Under the pieces are notes generated by a model that saw nothing but the letters and a program-made list of their open reading frames with translations, was not told where the DNA came from and did no database searches. From a virus: a stretch of 64,000 nt of DNA. Position 1 is the stretch's first letter; every line of letters begins with the position of its first letter. The position numbers and the translations under genes were made by a program. Below, piece by piece: positions 20,461 through 29,724 of this stretch. The stretch covers positions 1 through 64,000 of IMG/VR virus record IMGVR_UViG_3300031419_000010; one strand, given 5' to 3'.

Positions 20461-21021
20461 TTAATCCAGTTCGAATTCGAAATCCGCGTCACCGCTTTTA
20501 CCTTTTTTCTTGCCTTTGGCTTTTTTATCAGCCTTAGCTGGCTTTTCAGCTTTCGCTTTTTTGCCTTTAGCCGGTTTTTCTTCGGCAGCCGCTTTAGCTT
20601 TTTTACCAGCTTTAGCAGGCTTCTCTTCGGCCTTCACTTTTTTGCCTTTAGCTTTCGGCTCAGCAGCTTCTGCTTTAGCCTTTTTGCCTTTGGCTGGTTT
20701 TTCTTCGGCAGCAGCTTTCGCTTTTTTGCCTTTGGCTGGTTTCTCTTCGGCAGCAGCTTTGCCTTTGCCTTTTGCTTTTGGCTCAGCTTTAGCAGCTTTA
20801 CCTTTGGCAGCTTTCGGCTCAGCTTTAGCAGCTTTGCCTTTTGCAGCAGGAGCAACAGCTTCACCAGACAGAGCGCCAACCTGCTCAGTCAGACCGTCTT
20901 TAGTAGCGGCCAGATTTTCGCGCTGCTTTTGCAGGTTTTCGATGGTCTTAACCAGAGCGGCGTCAGATTTGTCGATGTTTTTGATCTGCTTGTTCAGGCC
21001 AGTGATTACTTTCTTAGACAT
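20461..21021 (-). CDS. histone H1-like Lys/Ala/Pro-rich DNA-binding protein
   Basis: N-terminal coiled coil, then KAAKAEPK and AAEEKPAKGKKAK repeats, acidic-aromatic tip DFEFELD. Confidence 0.75.
   Translation of the reverse strand: MSKKVITGLNKQIKNIDKSDAALVKTIENLQKQRENLAATKDGLTEQVGALSGEAVAPAAKGKAAKAEPKAAKGKAAKAEPKAKGKGKAAAEEKPAKGKKAKAAAEEKPAKGKKAKAEAAEPKAKGKKVKAEEKPAKAGKKAKAAAEEKPAKGKKAKAEKPAKADKKAKGKKKGKSGDADFEFELD
20500..20850 (-). repeat. degenerate coding tandem repeats (KGKAAKAEPKA x2; EEKPAKGKKAKA x~4)
   Basis: Visible in both protein and DNA. Confidence 0.75.
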
Positions 21022-21084
21022 AATGAAACCCTTACTATAAATGTTCGTTGTGGAGTTGAAACAGAATTAGTTCTGTATGGAAGT

Positions 21085-21140
21085 ACATTAGCATGTTCAA
21101 CATACTTCCACAATTTTTCTTTAAAGTTTTTTAAAGAATT
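21085..21140 (-). promoter_or_regulatory. sigma70-like promoter with AT-rich UP element for the H1-like gene
   Basis: TTGTGG-17 bp-TAATGT with TGn extension; upstream palindrome TTCTTTAAA-AAAC-TTTAAAGAA; inverted repeat TGGAAGTA/TACTTCCA spans -35 to -10. Confidence 0.5.
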
Positions 21141-21192
21141 TTTAGCCCACGCTCATCATGCGACTTAGTGGGCTGCGCCGGATCAGGATGAC

Positions 21193-21978
21193 TTATTCGT
21201 CGTCTTCGTCTTCGTCTTCGTCGTCGAAGTCTTCGTCTTCTTCGTCCTCTTCGTCTTCATCTTCGTCACCAGCGAAGTGAGCTTCCAGCGCTTCGCGCAG
21301 TTCTTCTTCGTCTTTCTTTTTAGCTTGCGCTTTGGTAAAGACGCCTTCTTCGATTGCTAAGGCGCGAAGTTCGTCTTCGTCGAGATCTTCGAGGTCGGTA
21401 TCTTCGTCCTCGTCTTCATCTTCGTCTTCGTCGTCTTCTTCGTCCTCTTCATCTTCATCGTCGCCGTCTTCGTCGTCTTCGTCGTCTTCGGAATCATCTT
21501 CCTCGTCTTCGTCCTCGTCTTCGTCGTCGCCGTCTTCATCTTCCTCTTCTTCGTCGTCCTCGTCCTCTTCGTCTTCTTCTTCATCAGACGCGCCTAACGC
21601 TTCTTGCAGGAGTTCCAGCAGTTCCTCAAGGTCGAGGTTAGCCGCTTTCTTTTTGGTAGAGATTTTGGCTTTAACAACCGCTTCACGCAGAACTTCTTCG
21701 TCTACGCCGTCCAGATCAATCGACTCTTCTTCTTCGATTGCTTCCACGATAGCAGCGGCAGTTACTTTCGACTTCTTACCAGCTTTTGCTTTTGCTTTCG
21801 GCTCAGCTTTAGCAGCTTTACCTTTAGCGCCTTTCGCACCAGTTGCGACAGTCAGACCTGCGGCTTCCAGAATCGCAGCAACTTCAACATCAGCGCTTGC
21901 AGCTTCGGACAGCAGACCAGCCATTTTAGCCAGAGTTTCCATCGCGGTGTTTGAGGTTTTCTTAGCAGCTTTAGCCAT
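21193..21978 (-). CDS. acidic protein with two HeH (Rho-N/SAP-like) modules and poly-D/E tracts
   Basis: Start at MAKAAKK (AGGA RBS); LDGVDEEVLREAVV..LEELLELL and LEDLDEDELRALAIEEGV..EEELREAL; ~60-residue D/E run. Confidence 0.8.
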   Translation of the reverse strand: MAKAAKKTSNTAMETLAKMAGLLSEAASADVEVAAILEAAGLTVATGAKGAKGKAAKAEPKAKAKAGKKSKVTAAAIVEAIEEEESIDLDGVDEEVLREAVVKAKISTKKKAANLDLEELLELLQEALGASDEEEDEEDEDDEEEEDEDGDDEDEDEDEEDDSEDDEDDEDGDDEDEEDEEDDEDEDEDEDEDTDLEDLDEDELRALAIEEGVFTKAQAKKKDEEELREALEAHFAGDEDEDEEDEEDEDFDDEDEDEDDE

Positions 21979-22033
21979 TTTTAAAATTTCCTGTTGGACT
22001 TGTTCAGAGTAACGAACCGTATTGTTCAATTAC

Positions 22034-22161
22034 TATTTACAGAATTAAAAGAAGTTTTGTTTGTGCCGCCGAAATTAATCAGCGGCTGTGACAGTCACTG
22101 TTTACAGTTTCTGTCTGGCAGAAAGAATTTATCATTTCTGCCTTACACGAATACTTTACAG
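22034..22161 (-). promoter_or_regulatory. cluster of three CTGTAAA(T/C/G) motifs interleaved with hairpins (putative phage-sigma promoters)
   Basis: CTGTAAATA at 22034-22042, plus CTGTAAAC and CTGTAAAG; stems GGCAGAAA/TTTCTGCC and GCCGCTGA/TCGGCGGC. Confidence 0.45.
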
Positions 22162-22174
22162 ATTCGGGCTGGAA

Positions 22175-22756
22175 TTAAAAGTTTTCGTCAGAAGACTTTT
22201 TCTTTTTCTTACCAGCTTTATCTTTGCCAGCTTTGGCAGAGATTTTTTCAACGCCGCCCTTTTTCTTTTCGATAGCCAGTGGCATATCGTACTTACGAGC
22301 GGCAACGGCTTCATCAACCATAGCGCGAACATCGAAGCCCGGAATGTCAGTAGCGATGCGAGTAATTTCGCCCGTCTGAACATCGGTACAAATCAGGACG
22401 CCTTCTTTCGCTTTGATCGTTTGACCGCGCAGAATTGAAACAGGCATGTAAGCAGAAACCAGCAGTTGACCAGTATCACCAACTTCACCGATAAAGCTAA
22501 TGATTTGGTTTTTGGTGAAGGTACTAACAACCTGCTTAGAACTACCAGCGCCTTTCTTGTGACGCAGAGTTACGCTACCATCAGCGCCAGCGTCGATAAT
22601 AAAGCCTGAAACTTCGTGTGCGCCGTGCGCTGAAATTTCAATGTCGTGCGCCAGATCGGTTTGCTTTGATTTAACACGCGCAATCGCGCCTGCTTTCTTT
22701 GCGATACGGTCAATGCGCTTTGGAACTAATGAGGTGGACTTAGAAGGCTTAGCCAT
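22175..22756 (-). CDS. hypothetical beta-rich protein with Lys-rich ends
   Basis: 193 aa, GGAG RBS. Confidence 0.8.
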   Translation of the reverse strand: MAKPSKSTSLVPKRIDRIAKKAGAIARVKSKQTDLAHDIEISAHGAHEVSGFIIDAGADGSVTLRHKKGAGSSKQVVSTFTKNQIISFIGEVGDTGQLLVSAYMPVSILRGQTIKAKEGVLICTDVQTGEITRIATDIPGFDVRAMVDEAVAARKYDMPLAIEKKKGGVEKISAKAGKDKAGKKKKKSSDENF

Positions 22757-22779
22757 TTTATTTTGAACTCCGGTTCAAC

Positions 22780-23538
22780 TTACTTCAATTGGTCAAGGAT
22801 GAATTCGACAACCAGATTAACTGAATCGTCGAAATGCTTTTCGTGAGTCACCAGAGGAATCAGCTTGATAGAAAACGTATGGCAGACTTCGCTAAACTTC
22901 TTCCACGTAGATTCAGAGGCATTCATCGTAACGATAATGTCGTGAATCTTTGCAAACTCCCAATGATGCGCTAGTTCGTTTTGTACATACGAACGAATGT
23001 TTTCGCGAACCAACTGTTTTTCCTTTACAGTTAATTCGACAAATAAGTTAGGCCAGTGAGAAATAAAATCGGTACTGACATTTTCAAACCGCTTACCAGA
23101 GTTTGACTGACTGGTAATCAGCGACCGGGCTGCGAAATGCGCTACCACAGTATGCAGGCGAGACAGCGCCGCATTTAAAACAGTTTCCACTAGACGCTCA
23201 GCAGGCGTTTCGGGAACATCCTGAATAATCTTTTCAAGTTCCGCAATACGGCGCTCGAAAGTTTCAACGTCACTGGCGTGGGCGCTAATCAATTCCTGAA
23301 TACGTTTTTCATATCCAAGTTTTTGTTCTTCGCCTCGCACTAAGACATTATTATATTCAGTGGTAATATTCGCTAAATTTTCTTTTGCGATTTCCAGACT
23401 GACTTTGGCATTTGCCAGTTCAGTCAGATTACCGTTTAAAACTTTTGAAACCGCCCTTTCCTTGACTACAACATTATCAAGTTCTTGCCGGGTATTGAAC
23501 AAAGTGCGATTTAAAATTTCAGTCTGTGAATCGGACAT
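22780..23538 (-). CDS. hypothetical coiled-coil protein
   Basis: Start trimmed to MSDSQ (AAGGA RBS). Confidence 0.75.
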   Translation of the reverse strand: MSDSQTEILNRTLFNTRQELDNVVVKERAVSKVLNGNLTELANAKVSLEIAKENLANITTEYNNVLVRGEEQKLGYEKRIQELISAHASDVETFERRIAELEKIIQDVPETPAERLVETVLNAALSRLHTVVAHFAARSLITSQSNSGKRFENVSTDFISHWPNLFVELTVKEKQLVRENIRSYVQNELAHHWEFAKIHDIIVTMNASESTWKKFSEVCHTFSIKLIPLVTHEKHFDDSVNLVVEFILDQLK

Positions 23539-23551
23539 TAAGGTATCCTTA

Positions 23552-23592
23552 AAATGGTGCAGAGCAAATCGCCCCACACCATTTATTTACAG
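23552..23592 (-). promoter_or_regulatory. CTGTAAATA motif followed by a hairpin
   Basis: CTGTAAATA at 23584-23592; AAATGGTGTGGGGC-GATTT-GCTCTGCACCATTT. Confidence 0.45.
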
Positions 23593-23593
23593 A

Positions 23594-26557
23594 TTACTCT
23601 TCGCTTTCGTCTTCTTCGTCAGATTCATCGGAATCCAAATCACTGACGCCAGACAGAAGCAGAACCAGATCACCGCCGTTAGCAAACGCAGCCTCAGCCA
23701 CACCAGAACACAGCAGAGTCAGCGGCAGGTTTTCAGTGCCGATTGAATGTGCCGCTTCCAGAATGTCATCGCTTTCGTTGATACGTGCAATGTCGTTCGT
23801 GGAGTAGGAAGAAACTGAAATGTCATCGTTAGCCATATCAGCAATGGCCTTAACAACAGTGCGCAGAGTTTCGTTGCTTACCAGTGAACCGGAGTTCAGC
23901 GTAAAGCCAACATAAACTTTGGTATCAGTTTCGCCCAAGTGTGAAACCACACGGTTGTAAGCGCTGGCAATCAGTGCCACAACTTTCTTACGATCCAGAC
24001 TCCAGATGCAAGGCATTGCGATGTTCAGCACTGCGGTATTCAGAACAGTGCTTTCGGTATCAACAGTTACCGGACGAACGCTAACATGCGCGTTGTACAG
24101 TGAAGCCATTGGAATGTGATCGCCCTGCATTTCGTTCAGGTAATCAGGCGACAGATTTTCATCTTCATCACCGAAATCATTTTCATCGTCGATGAAATCG
24201 CCCAGCACCAGACCGCTTTCATACGGATCTTGTCCAGCTTCCAAACGGCCTTCGTACAGCAGCGAATCGATCTGGCTGCGAATGGTGTTTGAAAGTTTTT
24301 CAGCATAGCTTTCAACATCGAAAGTTTTGCGGTCAGACATAAACGGCAGCGCAGAGCTTCCCGCCAGCACATCGCTAACAACAGTCAGCGGAAGATACAT
24401 AGAACCTTCTGCATCTTCGGTCATGTTGATCGGTACGCGGTAGTCGATACCGTTCTGATCTTTCAGTTCGTCGGAAATAGCTTCGAACGTCTGGCGATCA
24501 GTCAGCGTAAAGTTAACCAGCAGCGTTTGCTCCTGACGAATGCGCAAGAACGTTCCGAGATTGCTGGTAGAGCTTTCAGCAATGAAAGCATCATCACCGT
24601 CTTCTTCATCAGCGCTTTCGCTACCGTAGTCTGCGTTGTCTTCGTCTTCGGATTCTTCGTCGTCGCCTTCTTCTTCATCAGAAGATTCTTCAACGTCAGA
24701 AGATTCAATTTCTTCTTCGTCGTCTTCGACGCCTTCCAGTTCTGAATCAAGTTCAGAATCGTCCTGCTCGAAATTGTTCAGACGAAATTCATCGAACGCT
24801 TTCAGCGCAGCAACGCGGCCCAGCCCTTCGGTTTCAACGCCGACAGAATCCAGCGCAGCAATACGCTGTTCGTGATCCAGTTGAGCGCCTTCGAACATAA
24901 ACAGTTCAGAGTAATCAACCGGGTTGACTTCGTACTCTGCCCACTCAGGATACACGTCAGCAACAACAGGCAGTGCGCCCCAAGTTTGAATCATGTTTTC
25001 AAACTCTTCTGCGGTAGTACCCATCGACAGCACACCGATAATGCGCTCAGCAATATTTTCGGCAGTGTCGTTTTTGTAGGTTTTCTGATTCAGCGATTCG
25101 CTACGTGCGATAGTGCGCAGAACCGGACGCAGATCTTCGTCGATTTCGATTTCGCCGTCGCGAGTCAGCAGTTCAAGGAATTCAGTAGGAGCATCAAACT
25201 CCGCTTCTTCCTCGTCTTCTTCCTCTTCGGATTCTTCGGCGTCTTCGTCGTCGCCTTCTTCCTCTTCTTCGGTTTCAGAATCGTCTTCGGATTCTTCTTC
25301 CTCTTCCTCTTCTTCCGGCGCGTCGTCTTCCACCGCATCACTTTCTGCGTGGATGTAATCAGCGAAACCGCTCACGCCGCCAAGACGCTCGTTAGCTGCC
25401 ATTACAAAACTCCAGTGTTCGCTGTAGTCCTGATCTTCGACCAGTTCCAGAATTTTGGTAGTCAGCGTTTCTTCGGTATCGCTACCGAAAACTTTGCCGC
25501 CCAGCATAAACACCAGCTTTTTCAGTTGAGCACGATCCAGTTTAGCGCCCAGCAAAATAACTGCGGTTGCTTCGGAAGCGTTAAACACTTCCGCTTCTTC
25601 GTCGTCGCCTTCTTCCAGATCCAGCGAATCGTTTTCTTCGTCGTCGCCTTCGTCAGAATCGTCAACAGAAACTGCTTCGCCTGCGCCGCTCAGGAAATCT
25701 TTACGTTCCTGTTCGTACGACACCGCGATTTCGTTATCAGGCATTGCGGTGAGGTCATAGCCGAGTGCTTCCAGCGCTGCCATTTTTTCGTCAACAGAAA
25801 CTGAGGTTTGGTTGTCGCGTTTGAAAACGTCGAGAGGATTTGTCACTTTGTCACCCTTAATGGATTTAATCAGAAAGTTCACACGATTTACTTCGGAGCG
25901 AACTACAAAACTTAAAGCAGCACCAGCCAGAATGATTGAATCAGGACGCGCATCAGTCCAGTTCAGAACAGGCGCATTCATTTGGTCAACCGTAGCTTTC
26001 AGCACCGGAACAAAATTCGTTTCGTTGCTTTCAAACTTTTCCAGTTGCGCAGCCAGAGACTCAACAACACGAGCGCTGTTTGCTTCGGAAGTTACCGCGA
26101 TAGCATGAACGCCGAAACGAGAAGCGTACGAGTCTAACGTAGTATTATCATTCGCAGCCAATTCTGCGACTTTTAAAAGCGATTCGCTCAGCATACCTGC
26201 GAGGCGCTTCGTACTCCCATTTACAGTATAACGGATGATTACCGATGCACTGTCTTTCAGTTTGCAGCGCTCATCAATGCCTGCGTTTGCGCCGCCAGTT
26301 GGCCCCAGCAGATTCAGAATCGGCTGATCCTTTCCCGCCATTGCCAACAGGTCAGTAATGCGGTTCATCGCTTTGCCTTGCGCCACGGTTTGAACAACGT
26401 TTCCGTTTGGCTCAGCGCGAAGAATCTGATTACCATTTACAGTAGGACAAAGAACTACAACAACCGTGCTCTTTTCAGTTGAGGAACCTTGCGCAATGTT
26501 TTGAGCATTAACAGTTGCAGCGTGTGGTGCGGTTCCAAAATTTTGAGTTGACGACAT
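23594..26557 (-). CDS. very large acidic protein with several HeH-like modules separated by D/E linkers
   Basis: Start MSSTQ (GGAG RBS); ~987 aa; three long acidic tracts. Confidence 0.8.
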   Translation of the reverse strand: MSSTQNFGTAPHAATVNAQNIAQGSSTEKSTVVVVLCPTVNGNQILRAEPNGNVVQTVAQGKAMNRITDLLAMAGKDQPILNLLGPTGGANAGIDERCKLKDSASVIIRYTVNGSTKRLAGMLSESLLKVAELAANDNTTLDSYASRFGVHAIAVTSEANSARVVESLAAQLEKFESNETNFVPVLKATVDQMNAPVLNWTDARPDSIILAGAALSFVVRSEVNRVNFLIKSIKGDKVTNPLDVFKRDNQTSVSVDEKMAALEALGYDLTAMPDNEIAVSYEQERKDFLSGAGEAVSVDDSDEGDDEENDSLDLEEGDDEEAEVFNASEATAVILLGAKLDRAQLKKLVFMLGGKVFGSDTEETLTTKILELVEDQDYSEHWSFVMAANERLGGVSGFADYIHAESDAVEDDAPEEEEEEEESEDDSETEEEEEGDDEDAEESEEEEDEEEAEFDAPTEFLELLTRDGEIEIDEDLRPVLRTIARSESLNQKTYKNDTAENIAERIIGVLSMGTTAEEFENMIQTWGALPVVADVYPEWAEYEVNPVDYSELFMFEGAQLDHEQRIAALDSVGVETEGLGRVAALKAFDEFRLNNFEQDDSELDSELEGVEDDEEEIESSDVEESSDEEEGDDEESEDEDNADYGSESADEEDGDDAFIAESSTSNLGTFLRIRQEQTLLVNFTLTDRQTFEAISDELKDQNGIDYRVPINMTEDAEGSMYLPLTVVSDVLAGSSALPFMSDRKTFDVESYAEKLSNTIRSQIDSLLYEGRLEAGQDPYESGLVLGDFIDDENDFGDEDENLSPDYLNEMQGDHIPMASLYNAHVSVRPVTVDTESTVLNTAVLNIAMPCIWSLDRKKVVALIASAYNRVVSHLGETDTKVYVGFTLNSGSLVSNETLRTVVKAIADMANDDISVSSYSTNDIARINESDDILEAAHSIGTENLPLTLLCSGVAEAAFANGGDLVLLLSGVSDLDSDESDEEDESEE

Positions 26558-26558
26558 A

Positions 26559-27824
26559 TTACTTTTTCTCCGTATCAATTTGCCAGCTACGACGTTTCAG
26601 ATTTACGCCGTAGTAGATGCGTTGTGTTGGACAGCCGGAAACGATTTCGGTTTTGAAACCCCAAGACGCGAGAGAGACTTGAAGTTTTTTCGGTTCGATA
26701 TTCACAAGAGAACGAATCTTGCGAGTAACGCCCATCGCGCCAATATCAAGCGGGAAGAAATTCGCAGATGCAACAGGGCCATCTTTCTTTAAAGCGCTAA
26801 CAACTTTGCGCTCAAGACGTGCGAGTTTTTTCCACTGTTCTTGACGTTGTTCGAAATAAGCATTTGCATCTTTTATTTTGAGCAAATCCTTGCGCGATAA
26901 ATCAGATTTGTATGCCAGAACTTCTACAGCATGTTTATGCGCAGCGTGTTCGTCTTTATCGTAAGTGCGGAACCTACGAGCGGCTACCATATCTTTCGAG
27001 CTATACTCATCAAACTGATCAACCAGAACTTCGTAATCGTCGGAATCTAAAAACTTCGCTTGATGAAAATTCTTTTCGTTTTCATCAGGCCAGTAAAGAA
27101 TCCCGAACACCAAAATGTACTGCCCACTTTTACGCAAAGAGAAACTGTTAAAGTGGCGCGGCGCAGCGGTAAACTCACTCCGCAAAACAGTTGGTGAAAT
27201 CGGAATAGGAAAATTCGTTTCCGAGAAAGCGTACCCATCCACCAAACTAAACTTAGCGTTGGCGTGATCCGTTAAGCTATAAAGCATAACAGCGGGAATA
27301 CCTTTCGGAGCGGTCATTGCCTTTTTAGTTTCCGGTTTCAGCTTTGCCATAAATTTCTTCATGGTCATCAACTGTTCCGTATACGCAGCGCAGTACATAT
27401 ATTCATTTTGCGCACCCATCGACAATTTATATTGAGCAATGTAATGCTTAATAATCTTGCCGATGTATTTTATCGCGTCTGCCTGATCGTCTGCACTGTC
27501 CAACTGCGTGATAAACTCCGCAAGCTGTTTGTGCTTTGGAACACCTAAGCCAAGTTCAAACAGCGTTGAAAGCTGTTCAAGTAAAACACCACGTTGGCCC
27601 CGGCGCAAATCGCGATACATACGCAATACAGTTTGAGGACGAATGCGAGGGAAGAAATAATTCTGCACCTGCTCACGCGCACCAAACTTTGTACGCACGT
27701 AACGCACAAGCGCTACGCTCTTTGAAGTTTCCATATACTTAGGGGAGACTTCAATGATTTTCCAGCCATTCAGTTTTAGCAGCTTTTGACGATCTTCAAA
27801 CGTCAGTAGTTGGCTTAAAAACAT
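26559..27824 (-). CDS. hypothetical protein
   Basis: 421 aa, AAGGA RBS. Confidence 0.8.
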   Translation of the reverse strand: MFLSQLLTFEDRQKLLKLNGWKIIEVSPKYMETSKSVALVRYVRTKFGAREQVQNYFFPRIRPQTVLRMYRDLRRGQRGVLLEQLSTLFELGLGVPKHKQLAEFITQLDSADDQADAIKYIGKIIKHYIAQYKLSMGAQNEYMYCAAYTEQLMTMKKFMAKLKPETKKAMTAPKGIPAVMLYSLTDHANAKFSLVDGYAFSETNFPIPISPTVLRSEFTAAPRHFNSFSLRKSGQYILVFGILYWPDENEKNFHQAKFLDSDDYEVLVDQFDEYSSKDMVAARRFRTYDKDEHAAHKHAVEVLAYKSDLSRKDLLKIKDANAYFEQRQEQWKKLARLERKVVSALKKDGPVASANFFPLDIGAMGVTRKIRSLVNIEPKKLQVSLASWGFKTEIVSGCPTQRIYYGVNLKRRSWQIDTEKK

Positions 27825-28284
27825 ATTTATTCCTTAAATCGGCATCTGAAACTAAATCAGTATTACCATTTGCCGATACCATTTCGAACAGCCCGTCAAC
27901 CATCTGGCGAGTTTCCGTTGTCTGCAAATGTTCCCACGGAAGAACAATCACAGTTTCGCCGTCAGTCTCACAACCCGCATTTGGAGGCAATGGAAGCAAA
28001 GAAAGAGGCTTACCATTAGCTTTACAGTATTCGTTGAGTTTCTTAACGAGCGTACGCAAAAGTTTCTTATTCTTTGGCGTCGGAGTTTCAGGATCGGTAA
28101 CGCTGGTAATATGCCAATAGTTCGAAACGTTGAAAAACGTTAACTGCGTTATTGCAGTCATGCTGTTGCCTACAGACGAAAGATAGTAGGCAACAAGTTG
28201 TTCCATTTCAGCCGCTTCATTTGGCGGCACGATTTTAGAACGGGGAATTTTCTTTTCAAACTGCCGGACGCTTTTAACTTTCAT
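27796..28284 (-). CDS. hypothetical protein
   Basis: 162-aa ORF in operon. Confidence 0.7.
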   Translation of the reverse strand: MKVKSVRQFEKKIPRSKIVPPNEAAEMEQLVAYYLSSVGNSMTAITQLTFFNVSNYWHITSVTDPETPTPKNKKLLRTLVKKLNEYCKANGKPLSLLPLPPNAGCETDGETVIVLPWEHLQTTETRQMVDGLFEMVSANGNTDLVSDADLRNKYVFKPTTDV

Positions 28285-28660
28285 GATCTTTGCCTTGCAT
28301 GGAGTAGCTACTCCAAATTTCTTTCACAAGTTGCGGCCACTCATCTTTCGACAATTCAGAGCCGTAAATCTTGCGATAGGCAGACCAGAAGCCTGCACCC
28401 GGTTCCTTGCCGCCATCTTTGCGCGACAGGTAAAGCGCCGCTAAAGGTGGACGACCCGCTTTTGCATCAGTGCGCATCGTTTCCAGCAAAATATCCCAAA
28501 TCAGATCCGATTGTTCTTTTTGCAAACGACAAAACTGCATACCGAAAACGGTAGGAGAAAGATCGTTGTAGAACACGAAAACATTTTGTGTTGCAGCAAG
28601 AATCAATCGACTATAGACCTGACCGAAAACAGCGCGAACAATTACGTCTGATTTTTCCAT
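28274..28660 (-). CDS. hypothetical protein
   Basis: 128-aa ORF, TGATG coupling. Confidence 0.7.
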   Translation of the reverse strand: MEKSDVIVRAVFGQVYSRLILAATQNVFVFYNDLSPTVFGMQFCRLQKEQSDLIWDILLETMRTDAKAGRPPLAALYLSRKDGGKEPGAGFWSAYRKIYGSELSKDEWPQLVKEIWSSYSMQGKDHES

Positions 28661-29655
28661 CAGAACTCACCTTTAGCTGGTTTGGGTTTTTTCATCACTT
28701 CCGGATCTGCCAGCTTAACCAGAAAATCCATCGAGTTGCTGAAATACTTTTTCACCACAGTAGGAAGTAACTGTTCCGGAACAGTTGGAGCCAGCGCTTT
28801 AACAACTGCTTCGGTTTGCTGCTTGTTCAGTTTCATTTCACCAGTTTTGATGAAATTTTTCAGAACGCGAGGCAATGATTGTTCAGCGCGAACTTCGTTG
28901 ATGTGATCCGACAGAGCGCGTAACGCTTTCTGAGTTTTGTTCGGGCCAAACTTCTCAACAATCTCACGCGCAGAGATTGGAAGCATTTTGGATTCAATGC
29001 CAAGCGAAGCAGAAACAACGGTTTCAAATTCTTTCCACTGCTTGCGGTTGCTTCGTGCGTGGTGCATTACCATGCGCAGAGTTTCCTGCACGTCCAGACC
29101 AGCAGAATCGCGAGACACGGACGCACGTTTATCAGTTTTCTTTGGTGCAGGCTTCGCAGTGCGTTTTAGCGTGGTTGCCTTTTTGATAGACGGCTTGCGT
29201 TTGGTTTCAGCAAACGTTGATTCACCTGTTTGCGGCGCATCAGATTTTGGCTGCGCAGTTTTCAGTTTCTTAACTGCGACTTTGGTCAGCTTTGGCTTAA
29301 CCTCTTTAACTTTTGCCGAGACAGGTTTCGGTGCCGCTTTTGGATCTACACGCTGCCAGTTTTCGAATACTGGAATATCCGGCATTTCACCTTTCTTGAT
29401 AACGCGCATTTGATCGCGGTTGTAGATGTGAAGATAGCCGTCGATGATTTGATCGCCGCCTTTTGGAATCGCCTTAACTTTTTCTTCTTCGACGACTTGA
29501 AGGCGACGACCAACGCGCACCAGTTGCGACATTGGCGTTTGAGATTTTTCGCCAGCCAGACGATAGCCGTTTTTGCCGTAGCTTTCGATGTGAGTCAGTT
29601 TACCCGCCAGAGTACGAACAACAACGCCAACCAGATTTTTATTTGCAGTAGCCAT
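28660..29655 (-). CDS. basic protein; N-domain paralogous to 29725..31278
   Basis: LVGVVVRTLAGKLTHIESYGKNGYRLA; Lys/Pro-rich linker. Confidence 0.8.
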   Translation of the reverse strand: MATANKNLVGVVVRTLAGKLTHIESYGKNGYRLAGEKSQTPMSQLVRVGRRLQVVEEEKVKAIPKGGDQIIDGYLHIYNRDQMRVIKKGEMPDIPVFENWQRVDPKAAPKPVSAKVKEVKPKLTKVAVKKLKTAQPKSDAPQTGESTFAETKRKPSIKKATTLKRTAKPAPKKTDKRASVSRDSAGLDVQETLRMVMHHARSNRKQWKEFETVVSASLGIESKMLPISAREIVEKFGPNKTQKALRALSDHINEVRAEQSLPRVLKNFIKTGEMKLNKQQTEAVVKALAPTVPEQLLPTVVKKYFSNSMDFLVKLADPEVMKKPKPAKGEF

Positions 29656-29687
29656 GATATTTCAATTCCTAAATTTGAGAGAAGAGT

Positions 29688-29712
29688 AAAGCGCGGCAAT
29701 TATTTACCGCGC
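29688..29712 (-). terminator. hairpin terminator
   Basis: GCGCGGTAA-ATAA-TTGCCGCGC-TTT. Confidence 0.6.
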
Positions 29713-29724
29713 ACTTCGTTTATT

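Noticed and set aside
23594-26557. Large protein as chimallin or another nucleus-forming phage marker
   Set aside because: No recognisable similarity; no PhuZ or multisubunit RNAP genes in this window, and a sigma-like factor implies host RNAP use.
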